From: Lama guanicoe
Lineage: Eukaryota
Length of the DNA: 64,000 nucleotides
Direction of reading: 5' to 3'
NCBI GenBank assembly: GCA_013239625.1
Contig: MU054220.1
Span: forward strand, 6,184,626-6,248,625
The position numbers and the translations under genes are program-made. Shown here piece by piece: positions 52,560-64,000 of the stretch (its first letter is position 1; each line of letters opens with the position of its first letter). Under the pieces are notes generated by a model, which was given only the letters and a program-made list of their open reading frames with translations, had not been told where the DNA came from and ran no database searches.

Positions 52560-52689
52560 AATTTGACATCTTTTGTGCTTGGAACAAACCTGGAATCTCA
52601 AGCAAAGAACCATCCTTCTCCAAACACTGCCTAGATTATTTAACAATTAGGTTCTCAAGAGAGCACCATCTCAACCATGAAAGATGATG

Positions 52690-53035
52690 TGATGTTCACC
52701 AAATACTCTTCCTTCCCACCTCCATGGATATGGCATCCTCCTCCTCACCCCATCAACCTTGAGCTCGGTCATGTGATTGTATTTGGCCAATGGAATGTGA
52801 ATAGATGTGATTCAGCAGAGGCTTTAAAACACCTGTATGGTTTAGCCTGTACTCTTGTCAGGGCCATGAGGAGACTATGCCCCAGGGAGTTGCTGCTATT
52901 TTGGGCTTGGTTTCAGAATAGAAGACATAGAGAGCAGACTTGAACCCAAGCCCAGGCAAGCCACTGCTGACTTGGTGAGAAATGACTGTTATTTTCAGCC
53001 ACTGAGATTTGGGGTTATTTGCTGAAATAATATAT
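52690..53035 (+). mobile_element. MaLR LTR (MLT1H/I-like)
   Basis: gtcatgtgattgtatttggccaatggaatgtga...cagccactgagatttggggttatttg. Confidence 0.8.
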
Positions 53036-53097
53036 GTCAAGTCAAATCTCTGTGCTTTTTATAATCTCAGTGCCTCACACTAAATCTCTTCTACATT

Positions 53098-53259
53098 CGG
53101 GGCCAGCTTCTTGGATGTGTGAGCTATGCAGTCACTAGTGTCCTGATTCTTGGTTTAGTGCTGTATGGTTACTATCTTGAAATTATTAATAAATTTTGGA
53201 CAACAGGCCCTGTATTTTCATTTTTCATTGTATTCCATCAAATTATGTAGCTAGTCCTG
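53098..53259 (+). mobile_element. MER91A-like hAT-Tip100 MITE
   Basis: cggggccagcttc...cttggtttagtgct...atcttgaaattattaat...aaattatgtagctagtcctg. Confidence 0.8.
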
Positions 53260-53375
53260 TATCTGACTTAGGTATTTTAATGGGAATTTGTCAGAGAGCA
53301 AACAGCAGCCTTATCTTGCAGCATGATAACTCTGGTTTTTGCTTCATGATATGATACACACAGGCGTATTCACAA

Positions 53376-53537
53376 ATGATCCAGCAATCCCACTCCTGGT
53401 CATATATCTGGCAGGAACTCTAATTGGAAAAGATACATGCACCCCAGTGTTCATAGCAGCACTATTTACAATAGCCAAGACCTGGAAGCAACCTAAATGT
53501 CCATCCATGGATGACTGGATAAAAAAGTTTTGGTATA
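53376..53537 (+). mobile_element. Young internal L1 ORF2 C-terminal fragment, lacking 3'UTR and poly(A)
   Basis: [53 protein letters not shown]. Confidence 0.92.
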
Positions 53538-54594
53538 AATAGGTTTACATGATAATCTGTATAAGAGCGTAAGATTAAAATTTACCCCAATTCCTTGTTT
53601 AAGGGACATATTTATTAAAACATTTTTTTTTCAAGCAGTTAATCAGACTGAAGCCTTGAAATTTCGTCAGTGATCGAGGAAAGTATGTGCACATAAATGC
53701 CTTTGCTTGTCCTAGTATTCAGTTGAGATATTTAGTTTATTTTAGAGCTACCTGGATCATTGTGAATGAGAGAGCCATTTCATGTCATTTCTACTGCAAG
53801 TATCAGTAAAGATTTCTGAGAAGTTGTGGGCCTCTGAAAAACTTATGTAGAGCTCCATCCATTTTACAGTTATCTCCTCCAAGATATGTGTACCTGTTGA
53901 GGAGACCGGAGTGCAGGACTGAAGCAGTGAGCACTGCGCTGAGAGGAACCAATAAAAGAGCCTACAGAGACACGTTCATCTATCCATCTACATATACTAC
54001 ATTTAGAGTCATTTTGGTTCCACCTTATGAATTCACTGAATCTGCAGAGATTTACTTAATGGCAGGCACTGTGCTGAGCACCAAGGCTATCCAAGAAGCA
54101 AAGAAGGCCCCTGTTTTATAAAGCTAACTCTAGTAGTTATTTTAAAAGGAAAGAGGAGGACAGTGCTCAGCCTGGAATGGAAGGAGGACATACCTCTGTC
54201 AGCTCGCAGCTCATAAAAAAAATATCTATGAGCTCCTGCTATAGAGATAAATAAACTGTTTGTGACATTATAGTTCACATTTTACAATGTCTGTTCACAT
54301 ATGTTTGACCATGATCTTTTGTGAACCCATTCCAATTACCTTGAGAGATAAGAAAATTGAGACTAGGCGTACAATAAAAAGCTGTTATCTGGCAGGAAGA
54401 TTTAAATTTATCCTCTTGACCGCAAGAATCAAGATGAAGAGTGGAAGCTACCCAGAAATAAATGGGTATGTCTGAGAATGCTGTGCGTTGTCCCATCTCA
54501 GGAGGGTGTACGTTCTAACATCAGGGGAGCACACACCCTTCCAGATTCCTTCCACTCTGGGACCCTAATCCCATATGTATCCTTTCCAAGATCC

Positions 54595-54762
54595 CAGTGG
54601 TTTTCAAACTTCTGTGTGCTTCATGATGACTTAATGGAGCTTGATAAAAATAGGAATGCCTGGACCCAACTAAAACCACACGAAGTAGTATCAGTGGGAG
54701 CTGGGACTCTCTTTCATGAAGTACAGGATCTTCCCGATGTGAACCAAAGTTTGGGACACTTT
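54595..54762. mobile_element. MER5-like hAT-Charlie MITE
   Basis: cagtggttttcaaactt...ggagcttgataaaaat...gccTGGaccc...ccaaagtttgggacact. Confidence 0.7.
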
Positions 54763-54834
54763 ACTACATCAGATTTTTTTTTTAGCCTATGCTTAAAGAA
54801 GCACTTTAAAGTAGTGGATTTTAAAATTTTTTAT

Positions 54835-54976
54835 TAACCCTTTTTTTCTTGTTGGAGTAAGAGCACTTCACCTGAGACTCTACCCTCTTCACAAATTTTT
54901 AGGTGTACCGTAGAGTATTATTAACCATGGGCACAGTGTTGTGCAGCAGATCTCCAGAATTTATTCTTTGACTGAG
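54835..54976 (-). mobile_element. Short L1MA9-like 3'UTR fragment
   Basis: gtaagagcactt...tctaccctctt...aaattttaggtgtac...gttgtgcagcagatctccagaa. Confidence 0.75.
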
Positions 54977-55001
54977 AAACACAATAAGAAGTTAAGATCC
55001 A

Positions 55002-55778
55002 AAATGTTGGAGAGGGTGTGGAGAAAAAGGAACCCTCCTACACTGTTGGTAGGAATGCAGTTTGGTGCAGCCATTGTGGAAAACAATATGGAAATTCCTC
55101 AAAGGGCTAAAAATAGACTTACCATATGATCCAGCATTCCCACTCCTGGGCATATATCCAGAAGGAACCCTAATTCAAAAAGATACCTGCACCCCAATGT
55201 TCACAGCAGCACTATTTACAATAGCCAAGACATGGAAACAACCTAAATGTCCATCGACAGATGACAGGATAAAGAAGTTGTGGTATATTTATACAGGGGA
55301 ATATTATTCAGCCATGAAAATGACAACACAGTGCTATTTGCAGCAAGATGGGTTTCCTTGGAGAATGTCATTCTAAGTAAAATAAGCCAGAAAGAGAAAG
55401 AAAAATACCATATGATATCACTTATATGGGGAATCTAAAGAAAAAAAGAAGACAAATGAACTTAAATATAAAACAGAAACAGACTCACAGACAGAATACA
55501 AACTTGTGGTTGCCAAGTGGGGAAGAGGGTGGGAAGTGACAGACTGGGAGTTCAAGATTTATAGATACTGACAGGTATGTATAGAATAGATAAACAAGTT
55601 TTTAATGTATAGCACAGGGAACTATATTCAAGATCTTGTGGTAGCTCACAGTGAAAAAGAATATGAAAATGAATATATATATATATTCATGTATGACTGA
55701 AAAATTGTGCTGTACACCAGAAACTGACACAACATTGTAAACTGAGTATAATACAATAAAAAAACAAAAAATAAAAAA
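55002..55778 (+). mobile_element. Young 5'-truncated LINE-1 (ORF2 C-terminus, 3'UTR, poly(A)) with TSD
   Basis: ORF 55062-55376 ([12 protein letters not shown]...LPYDPA...[17 protein letters not shown]) and an A-rich tail. TSD aagaagttaagatcca (54986-55001) / aagaagttacaatcca (55779-55794). Confidence 0.95.
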
Positions 55779-56369
55779 AAGAAGTTACAATCCATATGTA
55801 AGTAAATAACAGAATAGTCATTTTCCATAGCAGTACTTATCTCGACTACATATGATGAAACCTAATCTTTACTTCTGCATTTTATAAATGCAAATTGTGC
55901 TTCAATAAATTAATGTCACTTACCCCTAATGGACCATGACCCACATTTTGAAAAATACACTTTTAGAGAGATGGCCTCAGAACTTGAAGATAGAAGTCCA
56001 CAGACCCCATTTAAGCCAGAACAGCCTGGTAGCTAATTCCCTTTCTCTCTCTCATTCTCTGTGGATTTTTTTTTCAATTTTATATTCTGTTCTACTTAAG
56101 ATTTTATATAAAGAAAGTATTCCTTAGATTTAAAAAAAAAACATTTTTTAACTCTTCTAGACATAGCAAGCTCCCTATTAGAGGCTTGGCCCTAAAGGAG
56201 ATAAGACTAATGAGTAAAACACTATCTCTGCCCTCAAGTTGCTTATGATATAATTGATGAGCTGTGACTAATCCATGTGAAGCAAATAGTAGATTATTAA
56301 GTGCTAGGGAGATATGGCAGAATACCAAAAATATCTCAGGCCTGGGAGTTAAGGCATTCGATTAGAAAT

Positions 56370-57075
56370 AATTGTTCAGCTCTCACTGTGTGCCAGGCTT
56401 TGTTCTAGGCATTGGAATATAATGGTGAATAAGACATGGTGTCTGCCTTCAAGGAGCTGACAGTCTGGAGGGAAAATTAGAAAGAAAGAGGCTTTGACAC
56501 CCAGTTGTGATCAGTGCTAAAAAAGAAGTACACGGGTTACCACGGAAGAACCCGTTGCCTGTCGAACAGGTGAGGAAGAAGGGACTTCTGACCTTGGAGA
56601 TGTAAATTGGAGCTAATGGGGAGGAGATACCTGGGTAGAAGGAGCAGAGTCCCAGGGGAAGGGGCTCAGGAGCACGTGGTCCGGCCCTGGGGGAAGTGCA
56701 CGTAGTTTAGGAAGTCTGGAGGGCGAGGGGAGGGTGAGAGGGCTGATGGGAAAGAAGTTAGCAGGATGTGTACGGGACTCGGCCTTGAATGCCATGTGAA
56801 ATAATCTCCTCTATCATCTACTGAGTGCTTTGGAAGAGGCATTCAAGTGTTGCTACCAGCCAGAGTCAAGATTAGATACGCACTTGAGGAAAAGTGCTTG
56901 GACTCATGGATGGAAACTGGAGAAGGGTTCAGTGGGTTGCAGGGAGTTAAGACAGGACTGTGCTGCAGTATCAAGTAAGAGGAAATTAAGACATAAACTG
57001 GGCCGCGGGCAGTGTGACCAGAGCTGAAGAGTGAAAAAATGAAACTATAATTACTACAGGACCTGATGATTGACT
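56370..57075 (-). mobile_element. L2 (L2a-like) 3' part
   Basis: ctgtgtgccaggctttgttctaggcattgga...gtgaataagacatggtgtctgccttcaaggagctgacagtct...caggacctgatgattga. Confidence 0.8.
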
Positions 57076-59424
57076 TAAATTCTAATTTTGCTGCTAACTA
57101 GAAGTAATATTTTAGCTAAGTCATTTAACTTCAGGTTTTCCCATGATTAAAATGACAATATTAGAAAATATATTCTCAAAGTGTTATTTCCCTGCTTAAA
57201 ATGTCTGAAGTTATAACATTTTCTAATATTTACCCTGATTAAGGAGAAAGATGGGTAGGAGTGACCAAGATAAAAATGGTCAATTGTTTGGTCCTGAAAA
57301 ATGTTGGCTCATATTTTAGATATTTATTAAAATGGGTGTGAGACTTGAAAAAAAATAGCAGACTTAAGATATATTAAATGTAATTTATTAAATAAACTTG
57401 AATGTGTCACTTTACATACAATTACAGGTGGAAGAACATATTTCTTCCCACTCTGTAGCTCCTTTTCCAGAGCTGTCTGAGTTCATTCTTTTCCTGACTT
57501 CCTCACTGGAAGCTGACTGCATTTTGAGCCTTGTACTGCTAGTGTCTGATTTTCTGTACTCTGATATTCTCCTCTAAATACATGTGTTGTGGTTGTTGGA
57601 TAATTTGTAGCTCACTGTAGATATTAACATTGCTTGTTTCTGGTAGCTGACTAATGTGCTTATTTTAGGTAGCTCATTCCTTTGATGGTAAAGATTATGT
57701 GCTGAGAGATATTGAGTGCCAATTTTGTGGAAAGATATTGCTTATGCTAATTCATTTGCCTAGGCATTAAATTTGGTGCATTTACAGTTCAGCAAGATCA
57801 CTTGGTTTTTCTATTATGGTGCAACAGGAAATAGATTTCTATAGAGTTCTGACTATTATTAAGGGTTATAGGAGCTAGGAGGTAGTAATAATAATAGTAG
57901 TAATAATCACTACCATTCATTAAGTGCTCACTGTTTGCCAGGAGTTACTCCAAGTTGGGTTTTTCTGGATAAATTTTTTGCATACATTTTCTTGTATAAT
58001 CCTTTCAGCCCTCTGGAGGGGAGATACATTTCAGTTCCCATTTAAAGATGAGAAAACTCAAGCCCATGAGCTCACCTTCCTGTGTAGGTTCAGGATTTCA
58101 AGGAACGGTCTCACTTTTATATGCTTCCTCCTCCTCCTCTTATTTTTCCTCTTCTCTCCTTCTGCCTCATTCTCTCTCTCATGTCTCTCTCCCTCTCTCC
58201 TTCAAGTTATTCTTCTTTCTCTCCGTCCTTCTTAATTAGAATGAACAATAACAGCACACAATGGCATAGAATATTTATGTGAATTAGTTAGGGTGAAATA
58301 ATTAAAAGGCGCAATTAAAAATGAACGGGATCCAATAGCCCATTGAAGTGCCTTTGGCTTTCAGTATGTAAAGTGTAGATAAGACCCTGGGGGGGTTCTT
58401 TTGTTTTCTCCCTCTGTCTCATTATTTTCTCCCCTTCCTCCTCCACTGCGACTGCTACTTTTACTGCTGCTTCTATTCTCTCCCTGTCTCCCTCCCCTTC
58501 CTTGCAGGTTTTGTCTTTAGGAGTGAGCACACTGCCTCAGGCATCACCCAGCAGGACACCCTGTAAGGGCTATCACACAGAGCTTTAGATGGATTAACTG
58601 TGACGCTGGGAATCTCAGGGTGTTGACTGAGGACGAATGGGGCTATTTTGGATACAGAACACAATTACAGAGTCCACATTGGCGGAGTTTCACAAACAAC
58701 CTTGACTTTTAATTTTCAACCTGTGTTATATCCAGGTCAAAATGTATCTGTTTACAGGCACCTGAGAGCAAATAGATGGTTTCTCACTTCTAGATCCCAC
58801 TCCTAGAGCCTCTAGCAAAAATCCCCATGTCTTTTCTAAGGTGGTAAGAATACAGGCTCTGATCTGGATATGTTGTTTCATCCGGACCAGATTTACCATG
58901 GTCCGAGTATTTGCCCCCTGGCTTCCCCAAATTAAATTCTACCATCAGATAAGTTTGTTTGCCCTTAACTGTAAAAAGATTGGTCTTTCATCAAATGCAA
59001 TTATGCCAAAGATGAATGACATCAAAAGCTGAGAATTAAGACATCAAGCCCAGGCAAGCTGGCTGGATGTCAACTGAGAGTCATTCTAATACAAGGAAGC
59101 AGGGAGGGAGCGGGAGGCTGCGGGGGGCTGCCTCTCAGAACTGGAGCTACGATGGAAGCACAGTGCTGAGGATGAGACGGAGAGGAAGGGAGCTGTCCAG
59201 TGAGACAGCAAACGTCCCAGCTGATCACAGGAGGCTCCATGTCCAGGGTTGACTTTAAGTCAGGCTTTTGTTTGCTTTTTAACATGGCTTTTCAAAGAAT
59301 CAAGCCGAACCCAGAAAAGAGAGAATCAGTTTGTTTGTAGGACTAAGACTGAGGCCCTGAGGAGTAGACCGTTTACCTGTTAGTGTTGGAATGATCGTAG
59401 GGTCGTATCATGCAGGGAGACATC

Positions 59425-59760
59425 TCAGTCTGTATGGACGGCTATCACAAAACACTGTAGACTGGGCAGCTTATAACAGCCAGCAATGTATTTCTTACAG
59501 TTCTGGAGGCGGGGTGTGTGAGAAGGTGCCAGCTTGCCTGGGTGAGAGCCTTCTTCCTGATTCCAACCAGCACCTTCTTACACAGTAGAAGGGGCAGGGG
59601 AACAATCTACGGTCTCTTTGATAAGATCACTAATCCCGTTCTTCAGCTCTGCTCCCCAAAACTAATCACCACCAAAGGCCCCACCTACTAGTACCATAAT
59701 CCTTGGGGGTTAGGATTTCAACATATGAATTTGGGTGGGGGACACAAACATTTAAACTTT
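59425..59760 (-). mobile_element. MaLR solo LTR (MLT1A-like)
   Basis: agactgggcagcttataac...tatttcttacagttctggaggc...cactaatccc...ttgggggttaggatttcaacatatgaattt. Confidence 0.88.
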
Positions 59761-59769
59761 AGGAGAGTC

Positions 59770-59950
59770 CAGTTGCTTAAGTTTAAAATCAAGCACTGTG
59801 ATTTACAGCTGTCTACATTTGTGCGGGTGACTTAACCTCTCCAAGCCTCAGTTTCTTCATCTGTAAAATGGGATCAATAAAAACACTCACCTGTATAGAT
59901 TTAAGCAAGATTACTAATGTAAAGTAGCAGATATAATGACTAAAAAAATG
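59770..59950 (+). mobile_element. MIR
   Basis: gtgacttaacctctccaagcctcagtttcttcatctgtaaaatggg. Confidence 0.85.
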
Positions 59951-61081
59951 TTGCTTCCGATTGTTTTCATTAAACTATTATGCTCAGAAGTAAAGAATTC
60001 AGGATTTGCTAAGATGGAAATAAAACACAGTCGCCATATTGTGTAATGTACTTCGCTCTGACTAAGCTATGCTTTCCTCAAGCTAGCTACCCCAAAGTGT
60101 CTTCTGAAATAGGTTCTTGGATCTTAGTTTAAAGGAACTTTGTAAGTGCAAATATAGTCCTACATATAGTGTCTTCTGCCCTCTTCTGGCTTCTACAAGA
60201 AATTCAATAAACTAAGTAGAAAGTGCATTTAAAAATTTTTATTTTTAGTGGACACCCACAGTTTACCACGTCTCTCAGTTCTAGATGAGATCTGTAATAT
60301 TTTGTATGAAGATGGGAGATACCAGAACCTTTGAGATTTTTTCAGTTTGCTTTTGAGATGGAGAATTCATTCTGTTATTTTATTCAATCATATTCTTCTA
60401 GTGCCATTCTACATATTGTAACTACTAACTAAATAATTTAACAGTGTCACAAATTATTGCTGAGGCTTAAGTCTGAGGTCATTAGAATTCCTGACATAAT
60501 TAATCAGATGTTTAAAATAGAACCGGCATGCGAGAAACTTTGATTATAGAAAAAGCCTGAGGCTAAAATTCCCACTTCTATTAGAGACTGTATTGGATTT
60601 TAACTCATTTTCTTCCAGCCTTTAACAAATAAGTAAAAGCATAATTTGTAAAGGTAGGGCAGTTCAGGCAGACTGACACCTGGGGCTCTCCATTTTTATT
60701 TCAGATGCACTGTGGATTGCGTACCAGTTTGCGGTGCCTTTGAAAGGCAGTATTTGAACTTATCTGCACAATCTCACACCCAGCCAGAGGTGTCATGGCA
60801 TGGCAATAGATTTCCTATTAAAATGTGATGCCAAAATAGACGTTTGTGTTGGTCAATACGAGGGAGCCAGAGGACAGCTTGCTGTGATGGGATGGGTCAC
60901 GGTCGGCAGAGATCAACTTCCTGAAAGATCCAGTGCTAAGGGCAGGCTCACGCATCTCAGGGCTTCCTGCAGTTGGAAAAGATTAGCTAGACAGAATGAA
61001 AGGAACGTTGGAGGGGAAGCCCAGTTGTCGTGAAGAGAAGAGAGGAACAAATGACTGAAGATGAAAGCAGCAGAGCATTTG

Positions 61082-61114
61082 TGACGTCAGCTGCAGGTTT
61101 TCCGTTGCCATCTT
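61082..61114. promoter_or_regulatory. Motif cluster: CRE, E-box and YY1-like site
   Basis: TGACGTCA at 61082-61089, overlapping CAGCTG at 61088-61093, and GCCATCTT at 61107-61114. Motif evidence only. Confidence 0.35.
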
Positions 61115-61734
61115 AGGTTGTGTAATTCAGGGGTTGTCAGAGCCATAATCCAGACTGCTGTTTCCCAACCAATTCCCCAGGTACTAATCTTTGGAATTTA
61201 TGTTTCCCAGATGACTGTATCCACAAACAACTAAACTCCTTCACAGCAAGAAGCCTTGCTTAGTCATTAAAACATATTACTAGTCATAAGAATAAGCAGG
61301 TACAAACAGTCTATCCAGTTTGAACAAAGGAGAAGCATGGGAGGATTTCCCTTATAAATTTTAAAACGTATTAAAAGAATGCAGTACTTAGAAGTATTTT
61401 CCTAACTCCCCAAACTGCAGACAAAATAATGGAAAAAGACATCAGATTAAGAGACAAATGCTAGCCTCTGACAAATATGATATAAACTCAGAAGGAAGTA
61501 GTGTTTCTCAATATGACTGAGATAATTGCTTAAAAATTTAGGAGAAACTATTAAAGCTTTAAATAACATCACATGACAAAATTTATTTCAGGAAGATTAC
61601 AGAGTTAAGTGTATTTTAAAAGTAGAATCATGAAAGAACCATTAAATGCATATTGTTGTATGTATATGAGGCCCTATTTTAATGCCCTGAAAATGACTTT
61701 TTTATTGATAATTATTGACAAAGGAATATAGTTG

Positions 61735-62200
61735 TGTGATCCAGAATTTTTAGTTGCAAAAAAACCCCCAGAAAGCTCTCTAGCTAGTTAAAGTACAAAG
61801 GGAATTTACTAAAGGATATCAGATCACTGAAACTCTAGGAGTTAGATTATTATGACTTGAGACCATGCAGCCAAGGAAAATGCCAGATCCATGCTGTGTG
61901 ATGAGTGCAGACGCAATCCCACCATCTCTAAACAGGAGGTTTTCCCTTAGACTCTGACAGTGGGCTCTACCACTGAGCCACTGCCACAGCAGCTCCTGAA
62001 AGCTCCATGCCTCCTGGTAATGCTATGCCAAGAAATGGATTCCATGTGGAGTCTCTTTCCTTAGGTCACCCTCTTCCCAGTGGGAGACTGAAGCTTCAGA
62101 TGCGTGTTACTGACAGTGCCTGGATCATCTAGGCCATGACCCAGGCTGGAAAAGTGAATTGGCTTCTCCCTTGGATTAGTAGGACTCATGATGCAGAGAT
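61735..62200 (-). mobile_element. Old ERVL/MaLR LTR (LTR33-like)
   Basis: cagaatttttagttgcaa...cagaaagctctctagctagttaaag...ggaatttactaaaggatat. Confidence 0.5.
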
Positions 62201-62231
62201 TGCTTCAACTATAGTTAAGATGTTGAGAAGA

Positions 62232-63601
62232 GAATGTACAATGGAAAAAATACAGCCTCTTCAGCAAGTGGTGTTGGGAAAGCTGGACAGCTGCATGTAA
62301 ATCAGTGAAGTTAGAACACTCCCTCACACCATCCATAAAAGTAAACTCAAAATGGTTTAAAGACTTACACATAAGACAAGCCCTCCTAGAAGAGAACATA
62401 GGCAAAACATTCTCTGAGATAAACTGTAGCAATGTTTTCCTAGGTCAGTCTACCAAGGTAAGAGAAATAAAAGCAAAAGTAAACAAATGGGACCTAACTA
62501 AACTTGTAAACTTTTGCCCAGCAAAGGAAATCATAAAAAAAAAAAATGAAAAGACAGCCTACTGACTGAGAAAATATTTGCAAACTATGTACTGACAAGG
62601 GCTTAACTTCTAGAATATACAAACAGCTCGTACAATTCAGTAACAACAACAAAATATACAACCCAATCAGAAAAAGTGCAGAAGACCTAAACAGACATTT
62701 TTCCAATAAAGACATACAGATGGCCAAAAGGCACTTGAAAAAATGCTCAATACTGCTAATTATCAGAGAAATGCAAATCAAACTACAGTGAGGTATCACA
62801 CTAATCAGAATGGCCATCATTAAAAAAGTCCACAAATGATTAATGCTGGAGAGGATGTAGAGAAAAGGGAACCATCCTACACTGTTGATGGAAATGTAAT
62901 TTGGTGCAGCCACTATGGAAAAGAATATGGAGATTCCTTAGAAAACTAAAAATAGGCTTACCATATGATCCAGCAATTGCACTCCTGGGCATATATCTGG
63001 AGGGAACTCTAACTGGAAAAGACACATGGACCCCAATGTTCATAGCAGCACTGTTTACAATAGCCAAGACTTGGAAGCAACCTAAATGTTCAACAGCAGA
63101 TGACTGGATAAAGAAGTTGTGGTATATGTATACAATGGAATACTACTCAGCCATAAAAAAGAATGAAATAATGCCATTTGCAGTAACATGGATGGACCTA
63201 GAGATGATCATACTAAGTGAAATAATACAGACAGAGAAAGACAAATGCCATATATCACTTGTATGTGGAGTCTAAAAAAATAACACAAATGAACTTATTT
63301 ATAAAACAGAAATAGACTCACAGACATAGAAAACAAATTTATGGTTACCAAAGGGGGAAGGGGAGAGAAAGGTTAAATTAGGAGTTTGGGATTAGCAGAT
63401 ACAAACTACTATATACAAAATAGATAAAGAACAAGGTCCTCCTACCTATATATCACAGGGAACTATACTCAATAGCTTGTAATAAACTACAATGAAAAAG
63501 AACATGAAAAATATATATATACATGTATGTATAACTAAATCACTATGCTGTGCACTAGAAACTAATACAATGTTTTAAATCAACTATACACCAATAAAAA
63601 A
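62232..63601 (+). mobile_element. Young 5'-truncated LINE-1 (about 1.4 kb; decayed ORF2 C-terminus and 3'UTR) with TSD
   Basis: ORFs 62305-62565 and 62901-63275 are L1 ORF2 peptides (...[30 protein letters not shown]). Perfect 12-bp TSD ATGTTGAGAAGA at 62220-62231 and 63602-63613. Confidence 0.96.
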
Positions 63602-64000
63602 ATGTTGAGAAGATGCTGGGGGCAATAAATATGACATATATTTCCTGCATGCTCACAACATGAATAAATGATACATGCAAAAGCTTTATACGTGCTATGA
63701 AGCCCATTTTTGAAAAGCAAATTCTATATCCATGCAGTGAAATAAAGAAGACTCTAAAGAATAAATGATAGCATTGCATGTGGGAGACGCTGGTAGGTAG
63801 AATTTGGTATATTTTTTAGTATCATGATCATACGCTTGTGTTTTCTAAATTCTCCACAATACATATATATTACTTTATTGAAAAAAGAAAAATTAGCAGA
63901 AATTGATACCCACAAAATTATTCTATAGCCAATGTAACCCAATATCTGATTTGGAATTGAAAGTAACAATAGAATGTTTAAAACCAAAGTCCCTCTTTTT

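Noticed and set aside
55062..63275. L1 ORF2 peptides as functional CDS
   Set aside because: They are 5'-truncated, frameshifted retrotransposon remnants lacking the endonuclease and RT domains

Overview
AT-rich mammalian genomic DNA, intergenic or deep-intronic. It is most likely from a camelid (alpaca, llama or camel), because it carries a tRNA-derived vic-1-type SINE at about 52.4 kb and young L1 3' ends of the cetartiodactyl type. The window is dominated by interspersed repeats. These include old and young LINE-1 fragments (several with intact target-site duplications), L2 and MIR, MaLR and ERVL solo LTRs, two class-uncertain ERV-like LTRs, hAT MITEs (MER102, MER103, MER53, MER91A and MER5-like) and microsatellites. 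I recognise no protein-coding gene. The recognisable ORFs in the track are L1 ORF2 remnants, and the rest look like chance or repeat-derived ORFs. Unexplained signals are a chain of plus-strand exon-like segments, several transcription-factor motif clusters, an unassigned purine-rich block at about 43-47.6 kb and some local rearrangement scars. I find no support for a novel multi-gene system. Repeat family names come from recalled consensus features, not a database search, and many boundaries are approximate.
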